This document shows, piece after piece, positions 36,219 through 46,047 of a DNA stretch of 64,000 bases. Source of the DNA: a bacterium. Lineage in GTDB: Bacteria; UBA10199; 2-02-FULL-44-16; JAAZCA01. Position numbers and translations under genes: made by a program. The notes under the pieces are model-generated. The model did not search any database. It saw only the letters and a program-made list of their open reading frames with translations, and was not told the DNA's origin. Every line of letters begins with the position of its first letter. Position 1 is the stretch's first letter. The stretch spans positions 1 through 64,000 of the forward strand of contig CAXXGI010000003.1 in the NCBI GenBank assembly GCA_963674695.2, written 5' to 3'.

Positions 36219-37235
36219 ATGGCGACCCAAGAGACAACCACCTCCAACGCACTCGAGCGCAACGGCAAGCGGCTGACCGTGCCGGTCATCGTCGCGGGCA
36301 TCTGGGAGCGCATCCTCTATCGCATCGCAACGATGGGGTTCGACCTCATCATTATGATCGGCATGGCGTTGCTGCTCTCCGCATCGGTGCTGGCCATGGG
36401 GGGGCATGTGCGCCTCTTCCAGGCGACGGTGCTCATGCCTATCGGAATCATGGCCACCGCCATCGTCGTGACCATCGTGCGACACCGCGCCGATTGGCTC
36501 CTTCGCACGACTCGCCTCTTGCGCGATTGGGTCCCCTTTCTCTTCATCGTCTTCATCTATGAAAACCTGCGCGACGTGGCGGGCCAGGCCATGAGCTTCG
36601 ACATCGCCGGGGTGATGCAGGCCTGGGACGCCGCGATCTTTGGTATGCAGCCCACGATCTGGGCGCAGCGCATCCATATGCCCTGGCTCACCGACCTGAT
36701 GTCGGCATCCTATGCGTTGTGGTTCTTCCAGCCGCTCTTCATCATGTTTCTGCTCTCGCTGTGGGGAAAACGGGACGAGTTTCGGCACATGTCGCTCTGT
36801 CTGTCGCTCGTCTTTCTGATGGGGTTTCTGGGATATGTGCTTCTGCCCTGTTCGCCCCCGCGCTATTTCATCGAACACCTCTATACCGATCCGGTTCGGC
36901 TGCATGGGTTCTTCCTCTTCGAGCGCCTGCAGGGCACGTGGGATAATCTCTCCGCCATCAGCGGCGGGGCCTTTCCCAGTCTGCATGTCGGAAGCTCTGC
37001 CGTCGCGCTCATCTATGCCTGGCGCTATCGCCGTATGAACGGCACGATGCGCATCGTCTGGTACGCCTTCATTCCGCTCGTGACGAGCATCTGGTTTTCC
37101 ACCGTCTACCTTCGGCATCACTGGGTGATCGACATCATCGCGGGACTTTGCGTGGCGCTCGCAGGCTACTGGGGGGCGGGGGTGCTCGTGCGGGTGTGGG
37201 GACGCCTGCGCGATCGTTTCGGCCTCTCCTCGTAA
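36219..37235 (+). CDS. AUR1/IPC-synthase-like PAP2 membrane phosphotransferase
   Basis: PPRY, AFPSLHVG, STVYLRHHWVIDIIAG. Confidence 0.85.
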   Translation: MATQETTTSNALERNGKRLTVPVIVAGIWERILYRIATMGFDLIIMIGMALLLSASVLAMGGHVRLFQATVLMPIGIMATAIVVTIVRHRADWLLRTTRLLRDWVPFLFIVFIYENLRDVAGQAMSFDIAGVMQAWDAAIFGMQPTIWAQRIHMPWLTDLMSASYALWFFQPLFIMFLLSLWGKRDEFRHMSLCLSLVFLMGFLGYVLLPCSPPRYFIEHLYTDPVRLHGFFLFERLQGTWDNLSAISGGAFPSLHVGSSAVALIYAWRYRRMNGTMRIVWYAFIPLVTSIWFSTVYLRHHWVIDIIAGLCVALAGYWGAGVLVRVWGRLRDRFGLSS

Positions 37236-37244
37236 GCGAGCGAT

Positions 37245-39728
37245 ATGGGCACACGGATTCATCGATATATCTCCGGTTACCTCCGCTTCATCGGGCGCCA
37301 TCAGCTGGCGACGCTGCTCTTCTATCTGCTGAGTTTTTTCGCCTGTGCCGTTCTGGCCTCCACCCTCGCGCTCAAGAGCAATCTCAAAGAACTGCTTCCT
37401 CCCAACTATCAGAGCGTGCGCGAACTCAACCGCGTGCTCGAGCGCGTCGGGGGTGTGGGGTCGCTCATCGTTGCCGTCGAAGGCCCCGACGAGGAATCGA
37501 ACAAACGCTTTCTCGACGACCTGGCCGTGCGCCTGCAGGAGTTGCCGCAGGGACAGATTCGATATCTCAGTTACAAGGCCGACGACGTCCGACGCTTCTA
37601 CGAGGATCGCTTTCTCTATTATCTCGATATCGGTGATCTCCAGCGCTTTCATCGGCGTCTCAAGCAGCGCGTCGATTTTGAAAAGTACAAGCGCACGCCC
37701 TTCTATCTGGAGCTCGGCGACGAGGGGGATGAACCGGCACCGCTGCAGATCGCCGATATTCGCGAGAAGGTGGAACGCAAATACACGGCGCCCATCTCGA
37801 CGTACGAAGACTATTTCGGCGGCGAGTGGGGGCGATTGCTCATCATGATGATCCGTCCGTACGGGGCGACGATCACGCTCGACGGCTCGCGCAAGCTTGT
37901 CTCGACCGTCGAAGCGATAGTGGATGATCTCAAGCCCGCCTCGTATAACCCGCAGATGCGCGTGGGGCTGTGCGGGAACGTCAAGAGCACGATCGAGGAG
38001 TATGAGACGCTCAAACACGATATTCTCTCGACCGCGCTCATGTGTCTCGGGCTCGTGGCTGCGGTGATAGCGCTCTTTTTTCTCCGATTGCGCATCGTCT
38101 TTCTGCTCGGCGCAACGCTGCTCATCGCTGTAGCCTGGACCTTTGCGCTCACGCGAGGGGTGATCGGTTATCTCAATGCGCAGACCGCGTTTTTGGGGTC
38201 GATCATCGTCGGCACGGGGATCAACTACGGCATCATCCTGATGGCGCGCTATCTGGAGGAACGCAAGAAGGAGCGTTCGCCGCTCGAGTCGATGCAGCAT
38301 GCGCTCGAGATGACCGTCCGTCCGACATTCCTGGCGGCGGCGACCACCGCGGTCTCCTTCGGCGTGCTGCTCATCGCGCGCATTCGGGGGCTGTCGCAGT
38401 TTGGGTTCATCGGCGCCAGCGGTGTGATCTTCTGCTGGATTTCGACGATGCTCGTGCTCCCCGTGATGACGCTCGTCTCGGAGCGCATCCTGCGTTTCGT
38501 GCGTCCGCGCCAGACGCCAAAGCGCGAGAGCGCGCTCTTCGAGTTGGCCACGAAAATTGGGTCGCGATCTCCGGCCGTCATTCTGGTGTTGGCCTCCGTG
38601 GCGGCCATCGTTGCAACGGTGGTCGTCTGGCGATTCATACCAAATGCCATCGAATATGATTTTACGAAGATGCGCAATCAGGTCTCGGTGGCCAGTGGAA
38701 CCGAGGCGCTGGAGAAGCGCGTCTCCAAACTCTTTCGCAGTTCCATGACGCCGTCGGTCGTGCTGGTCGATTCCGCCGATGAGGGCCCCCAGGTCTGCCA
38801 GGCGGTGGAGCGGCAGAACCTCGATCTGCATCCGCAGGAGCGACGCGTTGGCAATTGCAGCTCCATCTTCGATTTGCTGCCGCCCGATCAGGAGGGCAAA
38901 CTTCCGATCATCGCTCGCATCGGGAGGCTCCTGAATCAGGATTGGGTGAACGATGTCTCCGGAGAGCTGCGCCGACAGATCGAGCGGATTCGCACCTCGA
39001 TCATTGGACGGGCGCTGACCATCGAGGACCTGCCCGATACGCTGGCGCGTCACTTCGAAGATCTGGACGGCAATCGCGGTGCGGTCGTCTTCATCAATCC
39101 GCGGCCGGGGATGCCCCTCTCCGACGGGCGCAACCTGATGCGCTATGCCGACACGATTCGCAATATCCAGCTGGAGGACGGGCGTATCCTGCATGCTGCC
39201 AGCGCCTCCATCATCTTCGCGGATCTCATCGAGATCATCAAGGTGGAGGCGCCCTACCTGACGATCGCCTCCTTTCTCGGCGTGTTGCTCTTCGTCCTCA
39301 TCATCCTGCGGCGTATGCGTCTGTCGCTCGAGCTGATCACAGCGCTGATCTGGGCCGTGCTCATGATGGTGGGGGTGGCTGCCTTCATGGACATCAAGAT
39401 CAACTTCTTCAACTTTATCGTCCTGCCACTGACCTTCGGTGTCGGCGTGGACTATGCCCTCAACATGGCCATGCGCATTCGGCAGGAGGGGCCGCAAGGC
39501 GTCTCGTCCGCTCTGAAGCGCACGGGGGGCGCGGTCGTGCTCTGTTCGATGACGACGATCATCGGTTACTTCGTGCTGACCACGGCCAACAATCAGGCGT
39601 TGGCGACCTTCGGCGTTGCGGCGGTGATCGGTGAGATCGCCTGCATCACCGCGGCGGTGTTGCTCTTGCCCGCACTCATCGTGATCGTGGATCGGGTCAG
39701 ACAGTTGAAAGTGAAACGTGAACGGTGA
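37245..39728 (+). CDS. MMPL/RND family lipid exporter
   Basis: Two TM bundles with GTGINYG and GVGVDYA motifs; large periplasmic loops. Confidence 0.9.
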   Translation: MGTRIHRYISGYLRFIGRHQLATLLFYLLSFFACAVLASTLALKSNLKELLPPNYQSVRELNRVLERVGGVGSLIVAVEGPDEESNKRFLDDLAVRLQELPQGQIRYLSYKADDVRRFYEDRFLYYLDIGDLQRFHRRLKQRVDFEKYKRTPFYLELGDEGDEPAPLQIADIREKVERKYTAPISTYEDYFGGEWGRLLIMMIRPYGATITLDGSRKLVSTVEAIVDDLKPASYNPQMRVGLCGNVKSTIEEYETLKHDILSTALMCLGLVAAVIALFFLRLRIVFLLGATLLIAVAWTFALTRGVIGYLNAQTAFLGSIIVGTGINYGIILMARYLEERKKERSPLESMQHALEMTVRPTFLAAATTAVSFGVLLIARIRGLSQFGFIGASGVIFCWISTMLVLPVMTLVSERILRFVRPRQTPKRESALFELATKIGSRSPAVILVLASVAAIVATVVVWRFIPNAIEYDFTKMRNQVSVASGTEALEKRVSKLFRSSMTPSVVLVDSADEGPQVCQAVERQNLDLHPQERRVGNCSSIFDLLPPDQEGKLPIIARIGRLLNQDWVNDVSGELRRQIERIRTSIIGRALTIEDLPDTLARHFEDLDGNRGAVVFINPRPGMPLSDGRNLMRYADTIRNIQLEDGRILHAASASIIFADLIEIIKVEAPYLTIASFLGVLLFVLIILRRMRLSLELITALIWAVLMMVGVAAFMDIKINFFNFIVLPLTFGVGVDYALNMAMRIRQEGPQGVSSALKRTGGAVVLCSMTTIIGYFVLTTANNQALATFGVAAVIGEIACITAAVLLLPALIVIVDRVRQLKVKRER

Positions 39729-39780
39729 ACGGTGAACGGTGAACGGTTCACCGTTCACGGTTCACGAGTCACGGATCTTT

Positions 39781-41442
39781 ATGCGTTTTCGTTTTTACAT
39801 ATTGCTCCTCCTGATCGTGGTTGCTCCGCTGTCGGTGCGGGCGCAGACGGCGCTCAATGCGCCGCCGGACGATCCGGTCTATCACGCCGTCGATGTCTTC
39901 ATCGCCAACGACTTGGTGCGGGATGTCATCATCGGGCAGCGTCCGTATTCGCGCCTGGAGATCGCGCGTATCCTGCGAAGCGCACGCGAGACGCTGGACG
40001 AGCGGGAGGGGATCGTCGCGGGGCGTCTCTATCTGGAGCGGCTGCTGGCGTTTTATGAAAAACGCTACGCGCGCGAGTTGGGCGGAATGCCCAAGGGCGT
40101 CGTCTTCGAGGCGCTCGATCAGCTCGACCTCTTCGCCGCGTACAACAGCAGCGAGCCGCGTCAGATTCCCGTCAACAATGGGGCGGGCATGATCGACGGC
40201 ATCATCACCTCGTTCGATCGCTATACGACCGGGGGGCTGACCTATGTCGACGGCGCCAACGCGACGCTCACCACGCAGCACGATCTCTATGCGACGCCGT
40301 ATCTCGCGATGCGGGCCAAGCCGCGTTTCGAATTCCTGACGCCGCAACGCAGTGAAGCGCAGGTCTTTGCGCACATCGAGCGACTCTATCTGACGACCGG
40401 CTGGCGCAACATCCAGCTCGAGGTCGGGCGCGATAACCTCATGTGGGGGCAGGGAGAGTATGGCGGCTTGATGCTCAGCTCGAACGCCCGGCCGCTGGAC
40501 ATGATCAAACTCACCAATCCCTATCCCTGGCGCGCGCCCTGGGTCTTCAAATATCTCGGGCATATGAAGTTCACCTTCTTCGTCTCGAACCTCGGCCCGG
40601 AGCGGACCGCCTTTCCCTATGCGTATTTGTATGGGCTGAAGTTTTCGCTGCGGCCGTCGCGCTGGTTTGAGTTCGGTCTGTCGCACACGATCACCATGGG
40701 CGGGCGCGGCGCGCCGGGCGTGAAGTGGTGGGAGCCGATCGCGGAGATGCTTCCCTTTCACAAGTGGGGCGGATCCAACATCGGTGCGACCGATGTGGCC
40801 AACAACTCCTGGGGCTTTCTCGATTTTCGCCTGACCATTCCGCCGCTGCGCGGGAGCCAACTCTACTACGACGCCTACATCGAGGACTCGATCGTCCGTG
40901 CTTTTCGCCTCCCCGATAACATTCTCAACCAGATGTCCTTCATCGTCGGGTGCTATGTGCCGCGCCTGACCTCTTCGGGGGAGGTGGGTCTGCGCCTCGA
41001 GGGGCATCACGTCGCCCCGCTGACCTATCGGCACGGCACCTGGACCGACGGCTACACGCTCAACCGCAGGCTCCTGGGCGATCCGCTCGGGCCGACCGCC
41101 GATGGCGTCTATGCCACGCTCTATTGGTGGCCGAGCCCGCGCCATCGCGTGCGCTTCGATGCGGCCTTGGAGGACTATGATTCCTCCACCTATTACACGC
41201 AGCCAAATGCGTCGGGGGGCGGCGACAAGATCCTGGTGCTCACCCCCGGGCCGCACGAGCGCCGCTTTCGCCTGATGGGGGAGATGAGCTGGCAGACGCA
41301 GGGTCGTATCGAGTGGACGGTGCTCGGCGGTTATGAACGCATCGAAAACTGGAATTTCATCGTTGGGCGCGGCGTCAACAATATGATGGTTGGAGCACGC
41401 TTGCGTCTTCACTTCGATGAGTTTACGATTGGTGAACGGTGA
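39781..41442 (+). CDS. Wzi-like outer-membrane capsule assembly protein
   Basis: Signal peptide; RPYSR, GRDNLMWGQG...LMLSSNARP. Confidence 0.8.
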   Translation: MRFRFYILLLLIVVAPLSVRAQTALNAPPDDPVYHAVDVFIANDLVRDVIIGQRPYSRLEIARILRSARETLDEREGIVAGRLYLERLLAFYEKRYARELGGMPKGVVFEALDQLDLFAAYNSSEPRQIPVNNGAGMIDGIITSFDRYTTGGLTYVDGANATLTTQHDLYATPYLAMRAKPRFEFLTPQRSEAQVFAHIERLYLTTGWRNIQLEVGRDNLMWGQGEYGGLMLSSNARPLDMIKLTNPYPWRAPWVFKYLGHMKFTFFVSNLGPERTAFPYAYLYGLKFSLRPSRWFEFGLSHTITMGGRGAPGVKWWEPIAEMLPFHKWGGSNIGATDVANNSWGFLDFRLTIPPLRGSQLYYDAYIEDSIVRAFRLPDNILNQMSFIVGCYVPRLTSSGEVGLRLEGHHVAPLTYRHGTWTDGYTLNRRLLGDPLGPTADGVYATLYWWPSPRHRVRFDAALEDYDSSTYYTQPNASGGGDKILVLTPGPHERRFRLMGEMSWQTQGRIEWTVLGGYERIENWNFIVGRGVNNMMVGARLRLHFDEFTIGER

Positions 41443-41454
41443 ACGGGTTACAAG

Positions 41455-41531
41455 GTCGCCTCCCGGGGAAAAACGAAACCATTTTTCCGATGAAGCTGTA
41501 AAAATGGCTTCATTTTTTCCCTCGCGGCGAC
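41455..41531 (+). repeat. 77-bp hairpin repeat, copy f
   Basis: Same ends; loop CCGATGAAGCTGT. Confidence 0.85.
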
Positions 41532-41569
41532 ACGATCTTCGGTTTCACGGTTCACGGTTCACGGATTAC

Positions 41570-41646
41570 GAGTTACGAGTTACGAGTTACGAGTCACGAG
41601 TTACGAGTCACGAGTTACGAGTCACGAGTCACGAGTCACGAGTCAC
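41570..41646. repeat. Heptamer array GAGT(C/T)AC x11
   Basis: Visible; runs into the GGAGG SD of the next gene. Confidence 0.95.
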
Positions 41647-41658
41647 GGAGGTTGTTCC

Positions 41659-43272
41659 ATGCCGCGATCGCTGCGCGATGAACTCATCGCGATCCAAAAA
41701 AAACTCTGGCGGTGGAATAAAGACCTGATCGATCATTCCGTCCTCGTCAAAGAGCCTGGTTTCGATGCGTATGAGCAGAACTACAAGCGCGCCGTGCACG
41801 ACTATGCGCGCGCTTCCAATCAGGATGAGATGATCGAGGCGGTGCTCCAGTCGAACGTCATCTTCGTCGGCGATTATCACACCTGCAATCAGTCGCAACG
41901 CTCGTTCCTGCGCATCCTCAAAGAGGTGGTGCGCCATGACCCGAGTGTGATGGTGGGGTTGGAGCTGTTGCACAAGAAGAGCCAGTCCTCCCTCGACGAG
42001 TATATGGACGGTGCCATCAGCGAGAAGACCTTCCTGCGTCGCATCAAGTTGGAGGAGCACTGGGTCTTCGATCTCTGGGAGAACTTCAAACCGATCTTCG
42101 ATTTTTGCCGCTACCACGGCACGGAGCTCTTCGCCATCGATGCGGCGCGGGTTGGTTCCAACGTGCGCACGCGCGATCGGAAGAGCGCGCATCTCATCGC
42201 TGATATCCTCGAGGAACACCCGGGGCGGCGTCTCTTCGTCTTCATCGGCGATCTGCACCTGGCTCCGAAGCATCTGCCCCGCGATGTCGCGATGGAACTC
42301 AAACGTCGCAATTTGCCCTTTCATCCGCTCATCCTTTTTCAGAACAGTGAAAACATCTACTGGAAGCTGGCCGAGGCCGGCGTCGAGGACTGGATCGAGG
42401 TGGTCAAGCTTCGCGATGGCAATTTTTGTCGGATGCATACGCCGCCGGTGGTGGAACAGCGCTCCTACCTCAATTGGCTGGAGCACGAGGAGGGGGAGAT
42501 CGACTATGCCGATGCCAAGTCGAGCTTCTTGGAGATTGTGGAGCGGCTCTGTGAATTTTTGGGGATTCGCCTCGGACGCGAGCGTGATGACGTGGAGATC
42601 TTCACCTGCGGCGATCTGAGTTTTCTGCGACAGCTGCGCGATCGGGGCGATTTTTCGAAGGATGAGATCGACATCATCAAACGTCAGATCCTGGCCAGCG
42701 AGAGCTACTACATAGCCCAGACCAAATTCGTCTATCTGGCGAACCTCTCCATCAATCACGCCGCTGAGGAGGCTTCGCATTTTATCAAGAGCGTCTGTTC
42801 GGGACCGGAAGAGCCGCGCTTCGTCGTCGATGCGTTCTATGCCAACTGCTTGCATGAGGCGTTGGGATTCTTCGGCTCGAAGGTCATCAATCATAAACGA
42901 AAGTGTTTTCACGAGCGCGATTTCAAGAGTCTGTTGTCCTATTTTCAGACGGTGCGCATCCCGGAGGAGCGTCGCCTCGAATACGAGACCGCGCACCTGG
43001 TCATGGAATACAAAAAACTCGAACGGAGCGGCAAGGCGCTTTCGCGCACGGAGATCTTTCGCAGCCGCATGGACCTGTTTCTCTCGGTGACGCATGCCAT
43101 CGGGTATATGCTCGGCGATCGCCTCTACTACGGCCTCATGTCCGGCGTGATCAAAAAACCACTTTTAAAGCAGCTCTTCTGCGACCCCTGGGCGGAGGAG
43201 GGCGATCCCGTCGAAGTCTACATGAACCTCTGGCAGAAGCTGCGCAAAGTGAAACTGCCGAGGCGAATGTAA
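41659..43272 (+). CDS. ChaN-like domain protein with long C-terminal extension
   Basis: VIFVGDYH, GLE, RDR, IGDLHL pattern; no signal peptide. Confidence 0.6.
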   Translation: MPRSLRDELIAIQKKLWRWNKDLIDHSVLVKEPGFDAYEQNYKRAVHDYARASNQDEMIEAVLQSNVIFVGDYHTCNQSQRSFLRILKEVVRHDPSVMVGLELLHKKSQSSLDEYMDGAISEKTFLRRIKLEEHWVFDLWENFKPIFDFCRYHGTELFAIDAARVGSNVRTRDRKSAHLIADILEEHPGRRLFVFIGDLHLAPKHLPRDVAMELKRRNLPFHPLILFQNSENIYWKLAEAGVEDWIEVVKLRDGNFCRMHTPPVVEQRSYLNWLEHEEGEIDYADAKSSFLEIVERLCEFLGIRLGRERDDVEIFTCGDLSFLRQLRDRGDFSKDEIDIIKRQILASESYYIAQTKFVYLANLSINHAAEEASHFIKSVCSGPEEPRFVVDAFYANCLHEALGFFGSKVINHKRKCFHERDFKSLLSYFQTVRIPEERRLEYETAHLVMEYKKLERSGKALSRTEIFRSRMDLFLSVTHAIGYMLGDRLYYGLMSGVIKKPLLKQLFCDPWAEEGDPVEVYMNLWQKLRKVKLPRRM

Positions 43273-43340
43273 AAAAAACAACACCTCGAAGGGCGAAGAG
43301 GCCGAGGGGCGAGGGACGAAAAGGACGAAGAACGCCGAAC

Positions 43341-43373
43341 AAAAAACCCCCGAGTTTTCACTCGGGGGTTTTT
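43341..43373. terminator. Bidirectional intrinsic terminator
   Basis: AAAAAACCCCCGAG-TTTTCA-CTCGGGGGTTTTT between convergent genes. Confidence 0.8.
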
Positions 43374-43419
43374 GCATGCGGCTGATAACCAAACGATTAT
43401 CCCAGCAAAACCAAAGACT

Positions 43420-43515
43420 GTCATTCCCGCCCCCGATTCAATCATTCGAGGGCAGGCTCCGGCGGGAATCTCGATTGTGACGGCACGTCGAGATCCCCGC
43501 TTTCGCGGGGATGAC
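43420..43515. repeat. REP-like element
   Basis: Near-identical to 29323-29418. Confidence 0.85.
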
Positions 43516-43581
43516 AACAGCCGGGTTTGTCATCACTCTCAACCCCCGAGCTTTCGCCCGGGGGTTTTCTCAGGTTCATCC

Positions 43582-44904
43582 TTACATATCGTAGTACTCA
43601 TTTCCCAAGTGCGTGATCTGTTCTTCGCCCATGAGATAGCGCAGCGTGTTCTTGAGTTTCATCTCCTGGATGAAGAGGTTGTGCTCGGCGTAGAGGCCGG
43701 GCGCGGTCATCGGCGACTTGAAGTAGAAGGAGAGCCACTCCTGCGTGCCGCGCAGACCCGCGCGCTTGGCCAGATCGCAGAAAAGGGCGAGGTCGAGGAC
43801 CAATGGCGCGGCTAAAATCGAGTCGCGGCAGAGGAAGTCGATCTTGATCTGCATCGGGTAGTTCATCCACCCGAAGATATCGATGTTGTCCCAACCCTCT
43901 TTCTCATCACCGCGCGGCGGATAGTAGTTGATGCGCACCTTGTGGTAGATGTCGCCGTAGAGGTCGGGATTGACCTCCGGCTGGAGGATCGTGTCGAGCA
44001 CGGAGAGCTTGCTCTCCTCTTTCGTCTTGAACGAACCCGGATCGTCGAGGACCTCGCCGTCGCGGTTGCCCAGGATGTTCGTCGAGAACCATCCCTTGAG
44101 CCCCAGATAGCGGGCCTTGAGTCCCGGTGCCAGGATCGTCTTCATCAGCGTCTGACCCGTCTTGAAATCCTTGCCACAGATCGGCGTGCGCGTCTCTTTG
44201 GCCAACTCCTGCAGCGCCGGGGTGTCGACGGTGAGGTTGGGGGCGCCGTTGGCAAACGGGACGCCGAGCTTGAGGGCGGCATAGGCGTAGAGCATCGAGG
44301 GGGCGATGGTTGCATCGTCCGCATCGAGTGCCTTTTCAAACGCCTTGAGCGTTTGATGGGCGTCGCCGAGTTCGGCGAAGGTCTCGGTCGAGGCACACCA
44401 GACCATGACCACGCGACTGACGCCGCGTTCCTTCTTGAACTGCTCGATGTCGCGGATGATGCCGTCGGCCAGCGCGCGCCGCGTGCCCTGCTTCACATAG
44501 GTGCCGTCGAGTTTTTTGACCCAGTTGCGGTCGAACGCGCCCTTCCAGGGCTTGATCGCGGCCAGCGCTTCGCGGTTGGCTTCGAGGTCGGTCGGGGAGA
44601 GCACGCCCGCCTTCTTCGCGGCGAGATAGGCGTCGTCTTCGAAGATGTCCCAGGCGCCGATCTCGATGTCGGTCAGATTCGCCAGCGGAGCGAAGTCACG
44701 GATGAGTGGATGACGGTCGTCGGTGCGCTTGCCCAGGCGGATGGTCCCCATCTGGGTGAGCGAGCCGATCGGCTTTGCCTTTCCCTTCCGGATGGCATCG
44801 AGGCCCGCGATGAAGGTCGTGCTGATGGCCCCGAGGCCGACGAGCACGATGCCGAGTTTGCCCTCGGCGGGGGCGATCGTGTGGGGTTTCGAGGTAGTCG
44901 TCAT
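43582..44904 (-). CDS. ino1: Myo-inositol-1-phosphate synthase
   Basis: GLGA, NGAP, GKDFKTGQT, STNILGNRDG, GDEKEGWD, CRDSILAAPL, SFYFKSP. Confidence 0.96.
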   Translation of the reverse strand: MTTTSKPHTIAPAEGKLGIVLVGLGAISTTFIAGLDAIRKGKAKPIGSLTQMGTIRLGKRTDDRHPLIRDFAPLANLTDIEIGAWDIFEDDAYLAAKKAGVLSPTDLEANREALAAIKPWKGAFDRNWVKKLDGTYVKQGTRRALADGIIRDIEQFKKERGVSRVVMVWCASTETFAELGDAHQTLKAFEKALDADDATIAPSMLYAYAALKLGVPFANGAPNLTVDTPALQELAKETRTPICGKDFKTGQTLMKTILAPGLKARYLGLKGWFSTNILGNRDGEVLDDPGSFKTKEESKLSVLDTILQPEVNPDLYGDIYHKVRINYYPPRGDEKEGWDNIDIFGWMNYPMQIKIDFLCRDSILAAPLVLDLALFCDLAKRAGLRGTQEWLSFYFKSPMTAPGLYAEHNLFIQEMKLKNTLRYLMGEEQITHLGNEYYDM

Positions 44905-44964
44905 GTGTATTCTCCTTGAGTTGAGGATCGTTCGATTTTGAGCTTGATACCTTGGGGGGATTGT

Positions 44965-45010
44965 ATTAGTCAAATTAATAATATTACTCACATCTATTAA
45001 TAAGACTTAT
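44965..45010. promoter_or_regulatory. LysR-type T-N11-A boxes in the divergent ino1/lysR region
   Basis: ATTA-N7-TAAT (44965-44979) and ATTA-N7-TTAT (44996-45010). Confidence 0.55.
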
Positions 45011-45021
45011 CGGTGGTGCCT

Positions 45022-45939
45022 ATGGAACTGCGACAACTCCATCTCTTTTGCGAGGTCTATCGCCAGCGGGGGTTTTCCGCGGCGGCCCGGCATCTGGGGC
45101 TGACCCAGTCGGCGGTCAGTCAGGCGGTGCGTGCACTCGAAACGGAATTGGGCGTATCGCTCTTCGACGCGAGCGACCGTTCGCGGCCGACGGCATCGGG
45201 CGATTATCTCTTTCGTGAGGGGGGGCTCATCCGCTCTCAGGTGGATGACCTCTGCAACGGTATTCGCACGGTCGGCGGCGTTGGCGGAGGCACGGTCAAG
45301 TTCGGCATGATCGATGTTGCCGCGACCCATCTCCTGCCGGGCGTTTTGCACGAGTTCAAGAAGGTCTCTCCCGACATCAAGATCGAGGCGGTGGTCAAGG
45401 CCAGCGGCGAACTGATGCTCATGGTCGAGCGCAACGAACTCGATTTTGCCATCGTCGTCACCAATGACATTCCCGATTCCCTGAAGCGATCCGAGATCTA
45501 TCATGACTCGATCGTGGCGATCGTGCCGGAGGGGAGTCCGCTTTCGCGATCGAAGATCGCCGTGACCGATCTTCGCGGCGAGCCGCTCATCCTCTATCCG
45601 CAGTCCTCCCATTCGCGGCAATTGATCGAAGCCGTCTTTCGCGAAGCCGGCATTACCCCCGCCGTCAGTATGGAGTTGCACTATCCGGCGGCGATCCTGG
45701 CGCTGGTGCAGGAGGGGATGGGTGTGGGCCTCATCTCGGAGCTCTCCGCTCGCGAACACGCCCTGGAGGGGCTCGTCATCGTTCCCGTTGCGGAGCTCGT
45801 TCAGGCGCGCCAAATCGGTATCGTCGCGCGCCGCAAGCGACGTTCCTCGCCTCAGGCGCAGGCGCTCATGGAGCGGGTCGGGCGTCTTTCGGGGTTGACC
45901 GGTCCCATCGGCAAGAAGGGGCGCTCCTCACGGAAATGA
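45022..45939 (+). CDS. LysR-family transcriptional regulator
   Basis: MELRQL...FSAAARHLGLTQSAVSQAVRALETELGVSLF. Confidence 0.95.
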   Translation: MELRQLHLFCEVYRQRGFSAAARHLGLTQSAVSQAVRALETELGVSLFDASDRSRPTASGDYLFREGGLIRSQVDDLCNGIRTVGGVGGGTVKFGMIDVAATHLLPGVLHEFKKVSPDIKIEAVVKASGELMLMVERNELDFAIVVTNDIPDSLKRSEIYHDSIVAIVPEGSPLSRSKIAVTDLRGEPLILYPQSSHSRQLIEAVFREAGITPAVSMELHYPAAILALVQEGMGVGLISELSAREHALEGLVIVPVAELVQARQIGIVARRKRRSSPQAQALMERVGRLSGLTGPIGKKGRSSRK

Positions 45940-46047
45940 ACGGAGCATGAAAAAAGTGCGCAACTTTTTCCGCTGAGTTGCGATAAGGAGGGTGAAAGGA
46001 GCGGGCGACCGTTCGAACGTGCAATACAAAAAGGGAGCGAATACAAT

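Noticed and set aside
36072-39758. 1228-aa minus-strand ORF (also 13934-15742, 39769-41412, 58110-60068, 61657-63522)
   Set aside because: Antisense shadows of well-supported genes in GC-rich DNA; no motifs.
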